From Vitrella brassicaformis CCMP3155 (taxonomy: Eukaryota > Protista > Chromerida): a DNA stretch of 40,792 bases. The stretch lies in NCBI GenBank assembly GCA_001179505.1, contig CDMY01000626.1, positions 1 through 40,792 on the forward strand, in the 5' to 3' direction. The notes under the pieces were generated by a model that saw nothing but the letters and a program-made list of their open reading frames with translations, searched no databases and was not told the DNA's origin. Positions 1 to 11,293 of this stretch are shown piece after piece; the stretch's first letter is position 1, and each line of letters opens with the position of its first letter. A program made the position numbers and the translations under genes.

Positions 1-8
1 GGGGGGGG

Positions 9-46
<38 letters not shown>

Positions 47-764
47 GTTGGCGACGGGTGGTTCATGAGGACTGCCAGTAGTGTCTGCACTTTGTCTGTG
101 ATTTGTTTGTGGCAAGTGACTTCTTGCGCTTTGCACTAATGCGCTCCCTCGGCGGTTGTCGAGTGGGGTTTGGCATTGCGTGTTAACCTGGTCTTGGCCA
201 TCCAATAGTTGGTACGACGCACGTGTGTGTGTGTGTGTGGTGTTGGTCGGTCTGTATGTCTTAATGTGACGTGTTGTATGAGTACAGTGCGGGTGATTTG
301 ATGTGTGTGGCTGTGAGTGATGTGCCCCCTCCGCCCAATGAGCTGAGCAGAAAAGTGCGTCGCGCCAAAAGGAGGCGACTGACTGACTGAGTGGTCGGTC
401 GGGCGGGCGATCGCGCGGCTAAATGCATTGCAAATTGAATCATGCCTTTTCTTTCTTTGGTGAAGAGACTTCATGAGTGGGTGTGGTGTGTATCATATAT
501 AGTTCATGGGGAGGGAGGGGGAGGGACATTTTATTTGGGGAGGATTGATGCATTGACTGACAGATGAGATGTTGCAACGGCGATGAATTAACAAACTGTG
601 TCGGCGAGCAAGTCAGACTCAAATCACGCGACACGACATTGATCAGTTCCGTCAGAGGGAGCCAGCTAGATCTCCCTACCTCCCCTCCTACCTATGGCCC
701 TAAATCTTGCGTGTAACGCTCTTTCGCCAATTCTTAGCTCGCCAAGTTAGTTTTCGCTTTAAAG

Positions 765-2119
765 ATGCCTCATCTGCGTCAGTTCCCACCGTGGTTGCCG
801 TGCTGGCGCTTGCCGGCGTCAGCGCGCTTTCTCTCGACGAGCCCGACGCTTCTGCAGGGCAACCAGTGGAACAGAGGTCCTGGGCGGCCGTATCGGAGTC
901 AAGAGGAGATCAACCGAGAGGCCAGGAGGCGCACAGAAGAGTTTGAGAGAAGATGGTGGGATAACTGCGCCAGACGCTCGTGTGCACTCATTGCATGTCT
1001 GTGTGCTTCTCTGCAGGGGTCCGAGGTTTGAGCGGTGGCAGCGAGAGGGCGGGGCCTACGCCGACGGCGCTCGGATTCTGGAGCGATGGATCCGACGGGG
1101 CTATCGAGAATACGCCAGACAGGTGAGTCAATGCAGTATAGGGAGCGTCCATGACAGTGTGTTTGTGTGCCTACGTGTCGTGTCTGTCGTGCAGAGTGAG
1201 CGGTGGCGGTCCATCATGCGGGATCCGTTCCCCCAGAGCTATGATGAGACCAAACGCATGCTGCCAGTGGCGGCTGTCGTAGCCACAGGTCAGTCAGTCA
1301 GTCAGTCGGCCCGTCAGTCAATGTACCACGGCAGATGGATGAATCAGCGGTTGTCGGTTGACATATATGCATCAGGTGCCTGGTGGTTTGTGTACGGCTC
1401 CTCCTTTCTGCTGCTGTACACATCCCTCCACACCAACATGTCCATCTTCCGGGGAATGAAACGGTCAGCCAACACGCGCACACACAATGCATCACTGGCA
1501 CCGACACACAGATGAAGGCGGCCCAACATGGTGTGTGTGCATCGTCCCTGCCTGGGCCTGCAGGTCCGTCCTCTCTATGCGCCCACGCACGCCCTCTACC
1601 CAATCTGCCCAGGACAAGAAGAAAGAGTCGGCCGAGACGATTCTCTCGGCCGAGTACGAGACCAAGAAAACCAAGCGGCAGAAAATGGGTCTGCCCTCCT
1701 CCTTTGAGACCTACAAGAACGAGGACCAGGACGCAGACACCCTCGCCATCCACAACGTGCTCGAGACCCCCAAGAGCTTCATGTGGCGCGCTTTCTGGAC
1801 GGCCGTCATCACCATGGCTGGCGTGCGGCCGGCGATTGACTATTACGACAGGAACATTCGCAACAAGATGGTCAGGTACACGGTGAGCGCGGGCCGGAAG
1901 AAAAGCCGGGTGTGGCAGTGGATTGAGGACATCATGCGTCGGGTGGCCAAGACGCCCACATGGAAGTTCTTCGTGACGCAGCGGCTTGCGCGCGTCGCGC
2001 GGGTCGACTGGGTGAAGATGGTTCGGAGCGAGGAGGTCATCCGGTGGTGCAAGACCCTGGGGCCGCCGGTGCTGATTTTCCTGGTGCCGACGATGTGGCT
2101 GCTCGCCGGCCATAGATGA
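765..2119 (+). CDS. Hypothetical ~344-aa protein, putative mitochondrial membrane protein (5 exons)
   Basis: Phase-consistent exons 765-955, 1017-1122, 1195-1288, 1376-1463 and 1564-2119, all with GT-AG introns. The N-terminus MPHLRQFPPWLPCWRLPASARFLSTSPTLL is Arg-rich and acid-free, like a presequence. Hydrophobic segments occur at VAAVVATGAWWFVYGSSFLLLY and at the C-terminus. No family recognised. Confidence 0.75.
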
Positions 2120-2473
2120 TGCGGGCGAGATCTAGACGTGTAGACGATGGTGGGGGGGTGGCTTCTCCAGTCGGTGTATGTGTGTATGTGTATTTGTGTG
2201 TATTTGTGGCTGATTGCGGTGAGTATGGGGTGCACCAAGTGCAGGAATGGTTCGTCGACTGGCACATTCATATGCGATGCGATGCCAGCTGTATGTATGA
2301 CACACCGTCTGTCCGTCAATTCATTGATCCACAGTCATCAACTTGCTCCATTTGACAGACAACACGATCCAATCTTCCCACTCCCATCGCACAGCTGGTG
2401 TGTGTCCATCACGTCACCAATACCCATGCACACACATGGCCGCTCGCCTCGCCTTGTCAGCCCCTCGCCGCGA

Positions 2474-5400
2474 TCAAAGGTGAGGCGGTGGACGGCGATG
2501 GGGGTGAGGGCTGGCAGATGCCTCTAGCGTCTCAATCAGCTCCGGCTGGCCCACACTGACACAAAAGCAACATAGCGCCATTCGCACGTCGCATCGGCTG
2601 TCTGCCTTGTGACTTACCCTGCTGTTCTGTACGCTTCAAGCAGCATGGCGACCTCGCCCTTGTCTTGGCCCTCCCTCGCCCACTGGCTTACCGACCCTTC
2701 AATGGCCTCCAAACACCACCTGGCCTCGTCACACGCTGCAGCCGTCTCGTCACCCTGCTGCTCATCGCCCAGAGCCATGATGGACAAGGCGATGGCTAGG
2801 TCAGGGAGTAGAGGCGAGTCGGCCTGTCTGGCCTCGATCTGACGCCGCACGGGGACCAGCTCGGAACGGAGAGACCGGAGGTAGCGGGCATCGGTCACCT
2901 GACGAAACGAACGAACGAACGAACGAACGAACGAACGGCCCACTGTGTGTCAATGAGTTTGATTCCTTGTGTGTGTGTGCCTACGTTGAGTGCGGCAAGT
3001 GCAACGGCGAGGTCAACGAGTGTCCGCAGAGGGATCGTTGTGCGGCTGGTCACTCGGTCAAGGGCACGGCACACACGGCGCACGTTCGCCCTGCGTCGCA
3101 TGCACAACACAGAGATTTGGGCAGGTGCTTGTGTATTTGTGTTTTGTCCTTTTTCCCTTCGCACCTGAGCACGTTGGCCAGAGTCCCCTTGATGGGTCTG
3201 TGGTTGGTCTCGGCTGAGGCGAGGGCGAGCTGGGCCATCATGCGCCCGAAAGCCGAGCTCATCGCGTTGCTCCCCTTAGCGTGGCGCATCGCACGATCGC
3301 TGCACACAGGAAAAGAGAAAGAGTGTCACCGGTTGAATCCACACGTACGACACTCACTGAGGCACGTCCCTCCGTCCGTCCGTGCGTACCAGAGAATCTC
3401 CTCCACTCGCTCGAGCATTATGCCCACTGTAACGTCCCCATCTCGCCTCCGGTCATGCCACCACCTCCCCAATGCTAACATGCCCTTGCTGAGAATGCCC
3501 GTAACGTCGCCCACGTTGCCCTCCACACACACATTCACGAAGCGGCAGATGTCCCGCGTCTCGCACATATTCCCCTCCCCGCCTGCGTTGGCCCTGTCCA
3601 GCAGCTGCTCGCCTTGCATGGCAAGGGCGTCCAGATGGGGGCGGAGGTCGGGCTGCGGGAAGGGCAGCACCTGGTGCAACATTGCTGTTATGTACTGACA
3701 ACGAGCGGCATGGGACAAGGAAAGGAGGCACGGATAATGTGCGTGTTCACCAGCGATGGCGTGCTCGTGCTCAGGTCACCCTGAGAGCGGTCCGCGTTGT
3801 CCAGGGTGGTGACTGGATGCGGTCGACCGTGAAGTGACGAATGAAGGGGCCGGTGCCCGGTGCCTCGGCAGCAGCCATCAGAGCCTCAGAATGTCGAACA
3901 ATGCTGACTGCCGACATTGCCTCCTGCGCACATACACACAGATACACACACACAGAGATAGATAGAGAGAAGGAGAAAGAGATAGAGAGGGAGAGGGAGA
4001 GGGAGAGAGAGAGAGACAGGAATTATGCACATTTGCTTCTTCAAGTGAAGATCCCGTGCATTACGACAGACTAACGTGTATTGACAGGGCTTGTCTCTTG
4101 TCTTCCTTGATGATCCTCTCAAGCAGCGGCACGTGGAGGGCGGCGGAAACATTAGTGTGTTGCGAGCAGAGCCACAGGAGCGGGATCAAACCCTGGGGAA
4201 ACGAAACGGCACAGACAACGAAGTCAGCCCATCCCATCGGTGCACACAGTCTCCTCTGTTCTTTCTCTTACCTCCCTCTCCTCCTCGGTCAGCTCTGTGC
4301 CGTCGCGCAGTCGCTCCGTCCACCGCGCAAACCCCTCCTGTGTCGGCTTCTCTCCTCCCCGCCACCTCCACATGTTCACCGCCCATTGCACCAGCCCAAC
4401 CTCCCCGCCCACCCGCAGCATTGCCAGCAGCGCCCGCTCCTCGTCCGTCTTTCCATACTTCCTTTCTTTCTCAAGAATGCCTTTTAGTGCCTCCCTTTCG
4501 CTGCCTCTCAACTTGCCCATCCGAGCCATGGCCACGTCGGCAAGAAGCGATCGGAACCTCTCAACAGTGCCGTCCCCGCTGTCCTCCTGTTCCCGCGCGG
4601 TCACCTCGAACAGCGACACGAGCACACCGCCATGCACCTGTTGCGGGATGGGCTCCTCCTTTGCGTCCAGCAGCGCATTCATCAGTTTCCGTTTGACCTC
4701 CCCTGCCTTGTTGACCGTCGCACGGGCAGCCAGCAGGAGCCAAGTGCCCTTAACGTTGCTGCAGTAGAAGGTTGGGTGGGACTGGAGGGACTGCATGAGC
4801 GCGGTGTCTGCGAGGTCGACAAATGCTGGGGCGGCGAAGGGGAGCAGAGGGGCATACATGACCTGCAGCAGGGCAGCGAGATGGCGGGGTCGCTCGGAAC
4901 AAGCCGCGAGGAAGCCTTCCGTGTCGTTGAGGGCCCTGTAGGAGCGACCACCAAGTACATGTATGACGAATGCAGCCGGTACACGATGTTCTCTTTCTGT
5001 TCTCACTTGGTGGCTATGCCGCGCCGCACCCCTTGATCAATCACTCCGAAGCGGTCAGCGGCCTGTGCAATCTGTCCCACGTACTTGAGCATCGTCCTGT
5101 CCCACTTCCAGTCCCCCTCCACCAACGCCTCCCCGTCGATGGCTGCAACGGCGTCACTCAGAGACTCTCGCACAGTCCCCGGACACCTGTGATAAAGCTC
5201 CCCAGCGGCGAAGACCATCAGAGCCCGTTCCCTCATCGGCATGCAGGAAATGTTGTCGGCATTGGTAAGATAGGAGAGGAGCGCCCTCACCCACTTGCTG
5301 ATAGACTCCATCAGCCGCGGGTCTCTCTTGGTCTTTCGCCTGCGTGGAGGAACACGGAAAGCCCTCGACGTGACGTAGGCGAGGTCCACTGCCTGCGTTG

Positions 5401-5971
5401 GTGGCAGCGCAGGCAGGATGGCCGTCAAGTGGTCAAGGTAGAGAGGCGCGACTGTCCGAAAGGCCTTAAGGCAAGGGTGGCTGCTGGCCGAGGCGAACAT
5501 CGCACATGACTTCAAAGTGCGGATCAGCACGTCCGTCGGCACACTATCCACAACGTAGCTCGGGTCGGCAGATAGCGCCTCCAAAGAAGCCGTAATGAGC
5601 GGCGCCAGCATGTCCACCTCTTGCCGCCTCTCGTGTAGCGGCAGGGACGCCCTGCTCCTCCCATCACCAAGCACCAACGCGTCAAGGAACGCCTCGCAGA
5701 CGGCGAGCGGTGTAGAGGGTCCTCCACTCCTCGGAAGCATCGAGTCAGCCGACAAATCGCCTCGTAAGTCCGCGATTTCTTGCTGGTGATGCTGTTCACC
5801 TGCCAGTGCTTGGCGCGGATCCATCGACGAGAGGTGCAGACCGATGTGGCGACGATTCATCGTTCGGAGTGGACGGGATAGAGGGAGCGTTGGGCTGAGG
5901 TATGCTGATACGATTGCCGGGATGCTCAGCATGAGGGAAAAGCTGAAGATGGGGATGAGTGAGGAAGCCAT
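2474..5971 (-). CDS. Hypothetical ~932-aa alpha-helical protein with putative bipartite plastid-targeting leader (9 exons)
   Basis: Exons 5971-5007, 4935-4272, 4192-4076, 3923-3780, 3694-3390, 3299-3165, 3090-2985, 2898-2618 and 2555-2474 join in phase (2799 nt). Leader MASSLIPIFSFSLMLSIPAIVSA|YLSPTLPLSRPLRTMNRR reads as a signal peptide followed by an aromatic +1 residue and a basic S/P-rich transit peptide. The last exon is the least certain. Confidence 0.75.
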
Positions 5972-6350
5972 CCATCTAGAAGATGAACCAATGGAAAGCA
6001 GGGACTTCTGTTCCTGCTGGCAGGACGCACGCAATGGGTGGGGTGAATAGGAGCCTCCCCTCACCGCGAAGCTAAGCTCGCAGGTTCCCAGGTTGCGGTA
6101 GCAGAATTGCTCACCCATTCATTCATTCATTCAATCAGTCCAGTCATGCATTAATGCACCTGCAATGGGTTTGTGTAAGTGATGCACCTGTCTGGTTGGC
6201 TGTTTCTCTCTCTCTCTCTCTCTCTGTTTGTCAAGGCACACACACGGTCATCCACTCAACGGGCACACAAACACAGACACTCACATGCGTCCTCACACAA
6301 ACACAGACACTCACATGCGTCCTCCCCCCCCCACACGCGCGCGCGCGAGA

Positions 6351-6660
6351 AGGGCAGGATAACGATAAACACACAGGCAGCCACAGTCACTCAGACGCAC
6401 TAACACCAACACTCACACACACAGAGACACACAGACAGGGGTACCAGCAGTGCGCCGGCAGATCAGCTACACTAAGATGACAGGCAGAGAGTCAGACAGA
6501 CAGACAGACAGACAGGCAGGCAGGGGCGCAGAGGACGGCACAAATAAATGGGAGCGGCCCATTTATCTCAGTACAGCACGATAGAGGGAAACGCACATCT
6601 CCTTCCCTCCCTCCCTGACTACTGCACCACACTCAGCACCTCTACCTCGTCAGCCACGAA
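6351..6660 (-). repeat. TLDc-gene 3' end plus 3' flank repeat, copy A
   Basis: Shares blocks (gggcaggataacgayaaacacacaggcagccaca; cagatcagctacact; agaggacggcaca; atagagggaaacgcacatc; ctactgcaccac) with 17871-18256 and 18390-18683. Confidence 0.8.
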
Positions 6661-7467
6661 CTCAAGCGACCCACCCAAGAGAGCATCGCTGTCATCCCTC
6701 ACTCCCGTGTAGCCCTCAGGCTCGTTGTCGCTGTGAGTCCACTGATAGAAGCTGCGGATGTCGGCAGCAGGCGGGCCATCGTCAGTGCGGCCGGCACCCA
6801 CGATGATATTTCCACCGATTGCCATATTCCCGCCCTCCACACTCCCCTTCCTCCCCGCCACATGCACATACTGCCTTTCTCGTGGTATCTCGATCTTGGT
6901 CGGTCTGGGGAAGTGGCCGGCCAGTGAGAAGTGCCACACATCACAGAAGTACTCGTGCGAGCTGGTCGGGTCCTCGGGCGGCTGGATGCCGGCACTGATG
7001 TACACGCCAAAGACATAGTTAGTTGTCCTTCCTGACCACAAAGACGAGAGGCTTTGCATCGTCCACATTGTCCAGCAGGTCGCCATAGGTGGTGCCGTGG
7101 ACAGACGTCCTACACACACACACACACACACACAGACGGAATGTGCCAATTCGCTGCTGTTGCCATGATGCGTGTGTCTACCGGTAGAGTGAGGTGAGTC
7201 GTGTGGTGTCGCGACTGCCCCCCAGTAGGCCAAGCAGCGCCTCATACTCTGACGCAGACAGCGACGTGCCGTCAGGCAATCCCTGCAGGTGGCGGAAACG
7301 GACCTGAACACAGGAATGAACCGTGCACACCAGAGAATCTAGTGACTGGGTCATGGTGTGTAAGTCCGTGTGTGTGTGGGTGTACTCACCTGTTGTGCGG
7401 GTCTTGCCTCCGTGCCAACAGTGGTCGACACCACACAGAGAATTATCACCATGACAACAGTCGCCAT
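6619..7467 (-). pseudogene. Signal peptide plus single TLDc-like domain gene, frameshifted
   Basis: Exons 7467-7390 (MATVVMVIILCVVSTTVGTEARPAQQ), 7303-7182 and 7109-6619. TLDc-like motifs: LTSLYRTSVHG, YVFGVYIS, LLGGSLEFVADEVEV. A 4-nt duplication (agttagtt, 7017-7024) creates an in-frame TAA after RKDN, whereas the paralogues read KD[QEK]YV[FI]G without a break. Confidence 0.75.
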
Positions 7468-8068
7468 CGTGAAGCACCTTGTTTGTTGAGGTCAATCAGA
7501 GGCCGCTCGCCAGCCAAAAGAGGAGAGCGGGGGAGCGCTGACAGCGCTGACACCAGGATTCGGTAGACAGGACACTGTCGGCTTTGATAGATCTCTTCTT
7601 GGAGCTGCACCGGGGGAGGAAAGGGAGAAAGAAGAAGGGAAGACCGCAAGCAATTCTCCGTCAGTCGGATTCACGGAACCTAAAAGCCCGGCATAAGTAT
7701 CGAGACCCGGTTTTGATCCGGGGACCTTTCGCGTGTTAGGCGAACGATCTTCCACTGATCTACCCCGACAGATGCAAACCCAGCGGCCCTTCCACTCCTT
7801 ACCTCGGGATGGGACGCTTTTCGATCCATTCCCCTCCGTTGTTGATGGTGGTGAGATCGGAAACGGATGAGTGAGGGTTCTTCCCTCTCGCGCTGAGTGA
7901 CGGTTCTTCCCTCTCGCATTCTATCTCTCCCCTTCTACCTCTCCCCTCTCCCTCTATCTCACCGGCTCTTCATTCATCAGCCCCTCTTCATCTATCAAGC
8001 TTCTCAGCACGAGCAATCATGGCAGCGGCGAAGCCCACTGAATTGGACCTGGAGTTGGGCGATCTCCC

Positions 8069-8797
8069 ATGTCGGCCTGTTCCTCCGGAGCATTGGATGC
8101 GTCGCGTGGCGCCTCCACTGTCGCGTCCGCCAGACAGATGCCAGCTGCGGCTTCCCAGACGCCAGAGCAACTACTGGGTGAAGCGGTGGCTGCATTCCCA
8201 CCTGAGGAGCAACTGAAGATCAACAGGGTGAGACAGACAGACAGACAGAGACGGGAAAATACGTCGGTTTTCACGGCATCTGTTCTTCGCTGTGTGCGTC
8301 TTCTTTTCCCTGTCCAGTTCCGTTCCATTGACTTCTACGTGGTGGTGTTGGTTCATCATCTGTGGTTCATGATTCCTGCCCTCTTTCTGATCGGTCTCAT
8401 CCCTTGGTCTCTCACAGCATGGGCCCTCATGACCACCTTGGGTTACGTCGCATCCCTTGCAGCATTCATCAAGCGGCTGTCTGGGGTGACAGGCCCAAAC
8501 GCCTCTTTCTCTTATGGGCGCGTTGGGGTGGCCCACGCTATTTTGGCGATATCGGTGGCCGTTTGGTTGCACCTCCTGCTGTGCTTTCCTGATACGTGGG
8601 GAATCGGAGAATCGGCCTTACTCAGCGGTTTGTCCGTAATAATCGTGGTGCTGTGTCTCCTGCCTTTAGCACGGGTCGCCAGCCCTGAGGCTGCCTTTAG
8701 CAGAGTGTGCCTGGAGATCGTCACTGTGCACGTCATGCTGATGGTGATCGAGATCCTCTCATTCCTGATTTACAAACTCGTTACGGTAGCTTATTAG
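8069..8797 (+). CDS. Hypothetical multi-pass membrane protein (~6 TM)
   Basis: Open frame with a probable 90-nt in-frame intron at 8228-8317 (gtgaga...tgtccag) and several long hydrophobic helices. The start is uncertain: an upstream ATG at 8019 (MAAAKPTELDLELG) lies in another frame. Confidence 0.7.
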   Translation: MSACSSGALDASRGASTVASARQMPAAASQTPEQLLGEAVAAFPPEEQLKINRVRQTDRQRRENTSVFTASVLRCVRLLFPVQFRSIDFYVVVLVHHLWFMIPALFLIGLIPWSLTAWALMTTLGYVASLAAFIKRLSGVTGPNASFSYGRVGVAHAILAISVAVWLHLLLCFPDTWGIGESALLSGLSVIIVVLCLLPLARVASPEAAFSRVCLEIVTVHVMLMVIEILSFLIYKLVTVAY

Positions 8798-9367
8798 AGA
8801 CCTCCAGAGAGGGAGAGTGAAATAGATATGAGCATGTGTATAGTGCGTGTGCGTGTGAATGGATACAAAGGTAGGGTGTGCAGTAGCTATCCGTCTAGGT
8901 ATGTGCTGTGCATTTGGATGGTCGTTTTCGATGTCATGGCGGCCACCCATAGCATAGTCTGCTTCATGGTATCCAGAACATTGGTCAGCCGGCTGATCTC
9001 TTTTGGTAGGTACGTGTCTGTCTGTCTGTCTGATGTGCGTGTTATGCTGTACATACACGAGTAGCCTGCCTGACTAACCTTTCTCTGCCTGTGCCCTCGC
9101 CGTCCATACATATCATTTTCACGATGTGTCTGCAGTGCGAGTGTCATACACGCAGCTCACGTTCGGAAAGGTTACATGCACGCTCTTGGTGCGCAAAAAA
9201 AGGCGTACTCTACGCAGTGCCACACACAAACACGCACAACAAACACGATTACGCGCCATCCATGCCGACATCCGTTCACCCGCCCCTTGAGTGTGCCATC
9301 GGCAGTGCTACTGTAACCGCTCCGGTGGCAGTCGGTCAGTGGAGAGAGCAGTGAGCGGAGGGGGGGG

Positions 9368-9667
9368 NNNNNNNNNNNNNNNNNNNNNNNNNNNNNNNNN
9401 NNNNNNNNNNNNNNNNNNNNNNNNNNNNNNNNNNNNNNNNNNNNNNNNNNNNNNNNNNNNNNNNNNNNNNNNNNNNNNNNNNNNNNNNNNNNNNNNNNNN
9501 NNNNNNNNNNNNNNNNNNNNNNNNNNNNNNNNNNNNNNNNNNNNNNNNNNNNNNNNNNNNNNNNNNNNNNNNNNNNNNNNNNNNNNNNNNNNNNNNNNNN
9601 NNNNNNNNNNNNNNNNNNNNNNNNNNNNNNNNNNNNNNNNNNNNNNNNNNNNNNNNNNNNNNNNNNN
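9368..9667. other. Assembly gap (300 N)
   Basis: Run of N flanked by G tracts. Identical 300-N gaps occur at 24094-24393, 28234-28533 and 30010-30309. Confidence 0.98.
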
Positions 9668-9970
9668 GGGAGGGAGCGAGGGAGAAAATGCACTCCTTTG
9701 CTCCATACGTACCGACCACAGCGCGTCGCGCTGCATGACCACGCATGTATCATAAAGCGGCACTCATGATTCCACGGCACACCATCGCACACGAAAAAAG
9801 ACACGACACAACCTCACTACCAAACTCAGATACGCCGCCCCTCCCTCCCTCTCTCCCTCCCTCCCGTAGACACACACAACTCGGTCGCTGGCTCTCCTCC
9901 CTCCACTGTCTGCCTTGTGAGTCCACAGGTGTGTCTCTTGACCGACTGACATGTCGTCATGTCAAGTCAG

Positions 9971-10958
9971 TTAGTTCTTGGCATAGCAGACGGAGAGCGA
10001 GGCGGTGGTGGGCGCCATGACGACCTGCAGCTCGCACAGGTCGCGGACCTCCACGCCCGTGCAGAAGGACTGGTCAGTCTGCGTGCTGATGGCGCCCTCC
10101 TCTTCGTTCATCCGCAGACAATACCTACAGACACAGACACACAGAGAGATGTTGTGTGTTCGTGTAAATGTGGGTGTGTGTGATGGGATGGCTCGCTCAC
10201 TCGAAGCAGTACTCCGCCGTGATGTTGGTCCCCGGTGAGTCGTATAAGGGGTAAAAAGGCCCGATGATCATGCCCTCCTCGTTCTCGACGCGGCAGAAAC
10301 CGGTGCCAACACTCTCAAACGCTGAAGAGGCACGTACACAAGACTCCGCTCACTTTGCTGTATCCCTCTCTGTGTGTGTCCCTTTCTTTTCTCACATCCA
10401 TCGACGAGTCTGAAGCATTCGTTGGCCTCTCCGCCGGTGCCGCCGTCTGGCTTGTCGCCTAGAATCATGAGGCATGAGTCGGTCGTGTTGTCGTGCTGGA
10501 TGCCTTGGCACACGCCCAAGTCGGCAGACAGATCCCTGCACAGACGGGCCTGCATACAGAATTCACACGAACACGAACACACACACTCACACACGCGCCG
10601 GAGAGAGATGCAGTCGCTTGTACATTCAGGAAGTGAGTGAGTTTGGCTTACGCATTCAGCCACAGGAATGCCAAGCGCTGCAACTGCACAGTCACGGACA
10701 CGCATCCACATGAGATCTGCAGCAGATGCGATGAGTCACTGAGTCATTCTCACGTTGCTCGCGCACAGATCCGAGCGACGTGACGACTCCCTCCTCCACA
10801 ATGGGGCTGTAGAAGTCGGAGGGCTCGCCACCAGATGCACACACACCAAAACCCACGTGTGTGAAGCCCTCGACGGCCTCAGACTCAGCCACCTGGGCCA
10901 GGCAGCGGAAAACGATGGTGATGACGCAGATCAGGTACAGCACCACTCGCGCAACCAT
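9971..10958 (-). CDS. Secreted 221-aa protein with two PAN/Apple-like 6-Cys domains (5 exons)
   Basis: Exons 10958-10754, 10683-10652, 10549-10396, 10321-10201 and 10124-9971 join in phase (666 nt). Signal peptide MVARVVLYLICVITIVFRCLA. Two repeats start FTHVGFGVC and FESVGTGFC, each with C..CxxxC..CxG..C..C spacing. Confidence 0.75.
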
Positions 10959-11293
10959 CCTCTGAAGGCCCGAGCTCTCTCGCGCCTGCGCGCTAAGCTA
11001 CCCGGTTGGTTAGGGGAGATGTGGTTTGGAGAGCGGTATCACGGAATAGGGAGGGAGGGAGGGAGGGGAGGGTTCTTCGTCCTCCATCTATCCATCCATC
11101 CATCCATCTATCTATCCCTCTATCCCTCCATCTATCATCAGGCAGATATCGTCCCAGATCTTCACTTCCCACCTTCGAGCCTTCCACCTGATCTACTCTT
11201 GCCTCGCCCTCTCTCTTGGCATCATCACCTTGATCCTTCCTCGACGACTCGATTATCGCTCTCTATCGCCCTGTTATCTATCTATCGTCGGCA

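Noticed and set aside
1-46. Poly-G run at the window start (G-quadruplex candidate)
   Set aside because: All four N gaps are also bordered by G or C runs on at least one side, so these tracts are likely low-quality contig ends of unreliable length.
1298-2113. Long antisense ORFs (also 4091-4696 +, 4970-5509 +, 11386-11946 -, 30779-31348 -)
   Set aside because: They lie opposite well-supported exons in GC-rich DNA, where stop-poor antisense frames are expected.
6544-6567. Perfect 9-bp hairpin ataaatggg-agcggc-cccatttat in the TLDc 3' flank
   Set aside because: Not conserved in the two other copies of the flank (~18135 and ~18555).
8828-9064. Hydrophobic ORF as an extra exon of the 8069 membrane protein
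   Set aside because: I found no donor in the required phase near the end of the upstream exon.
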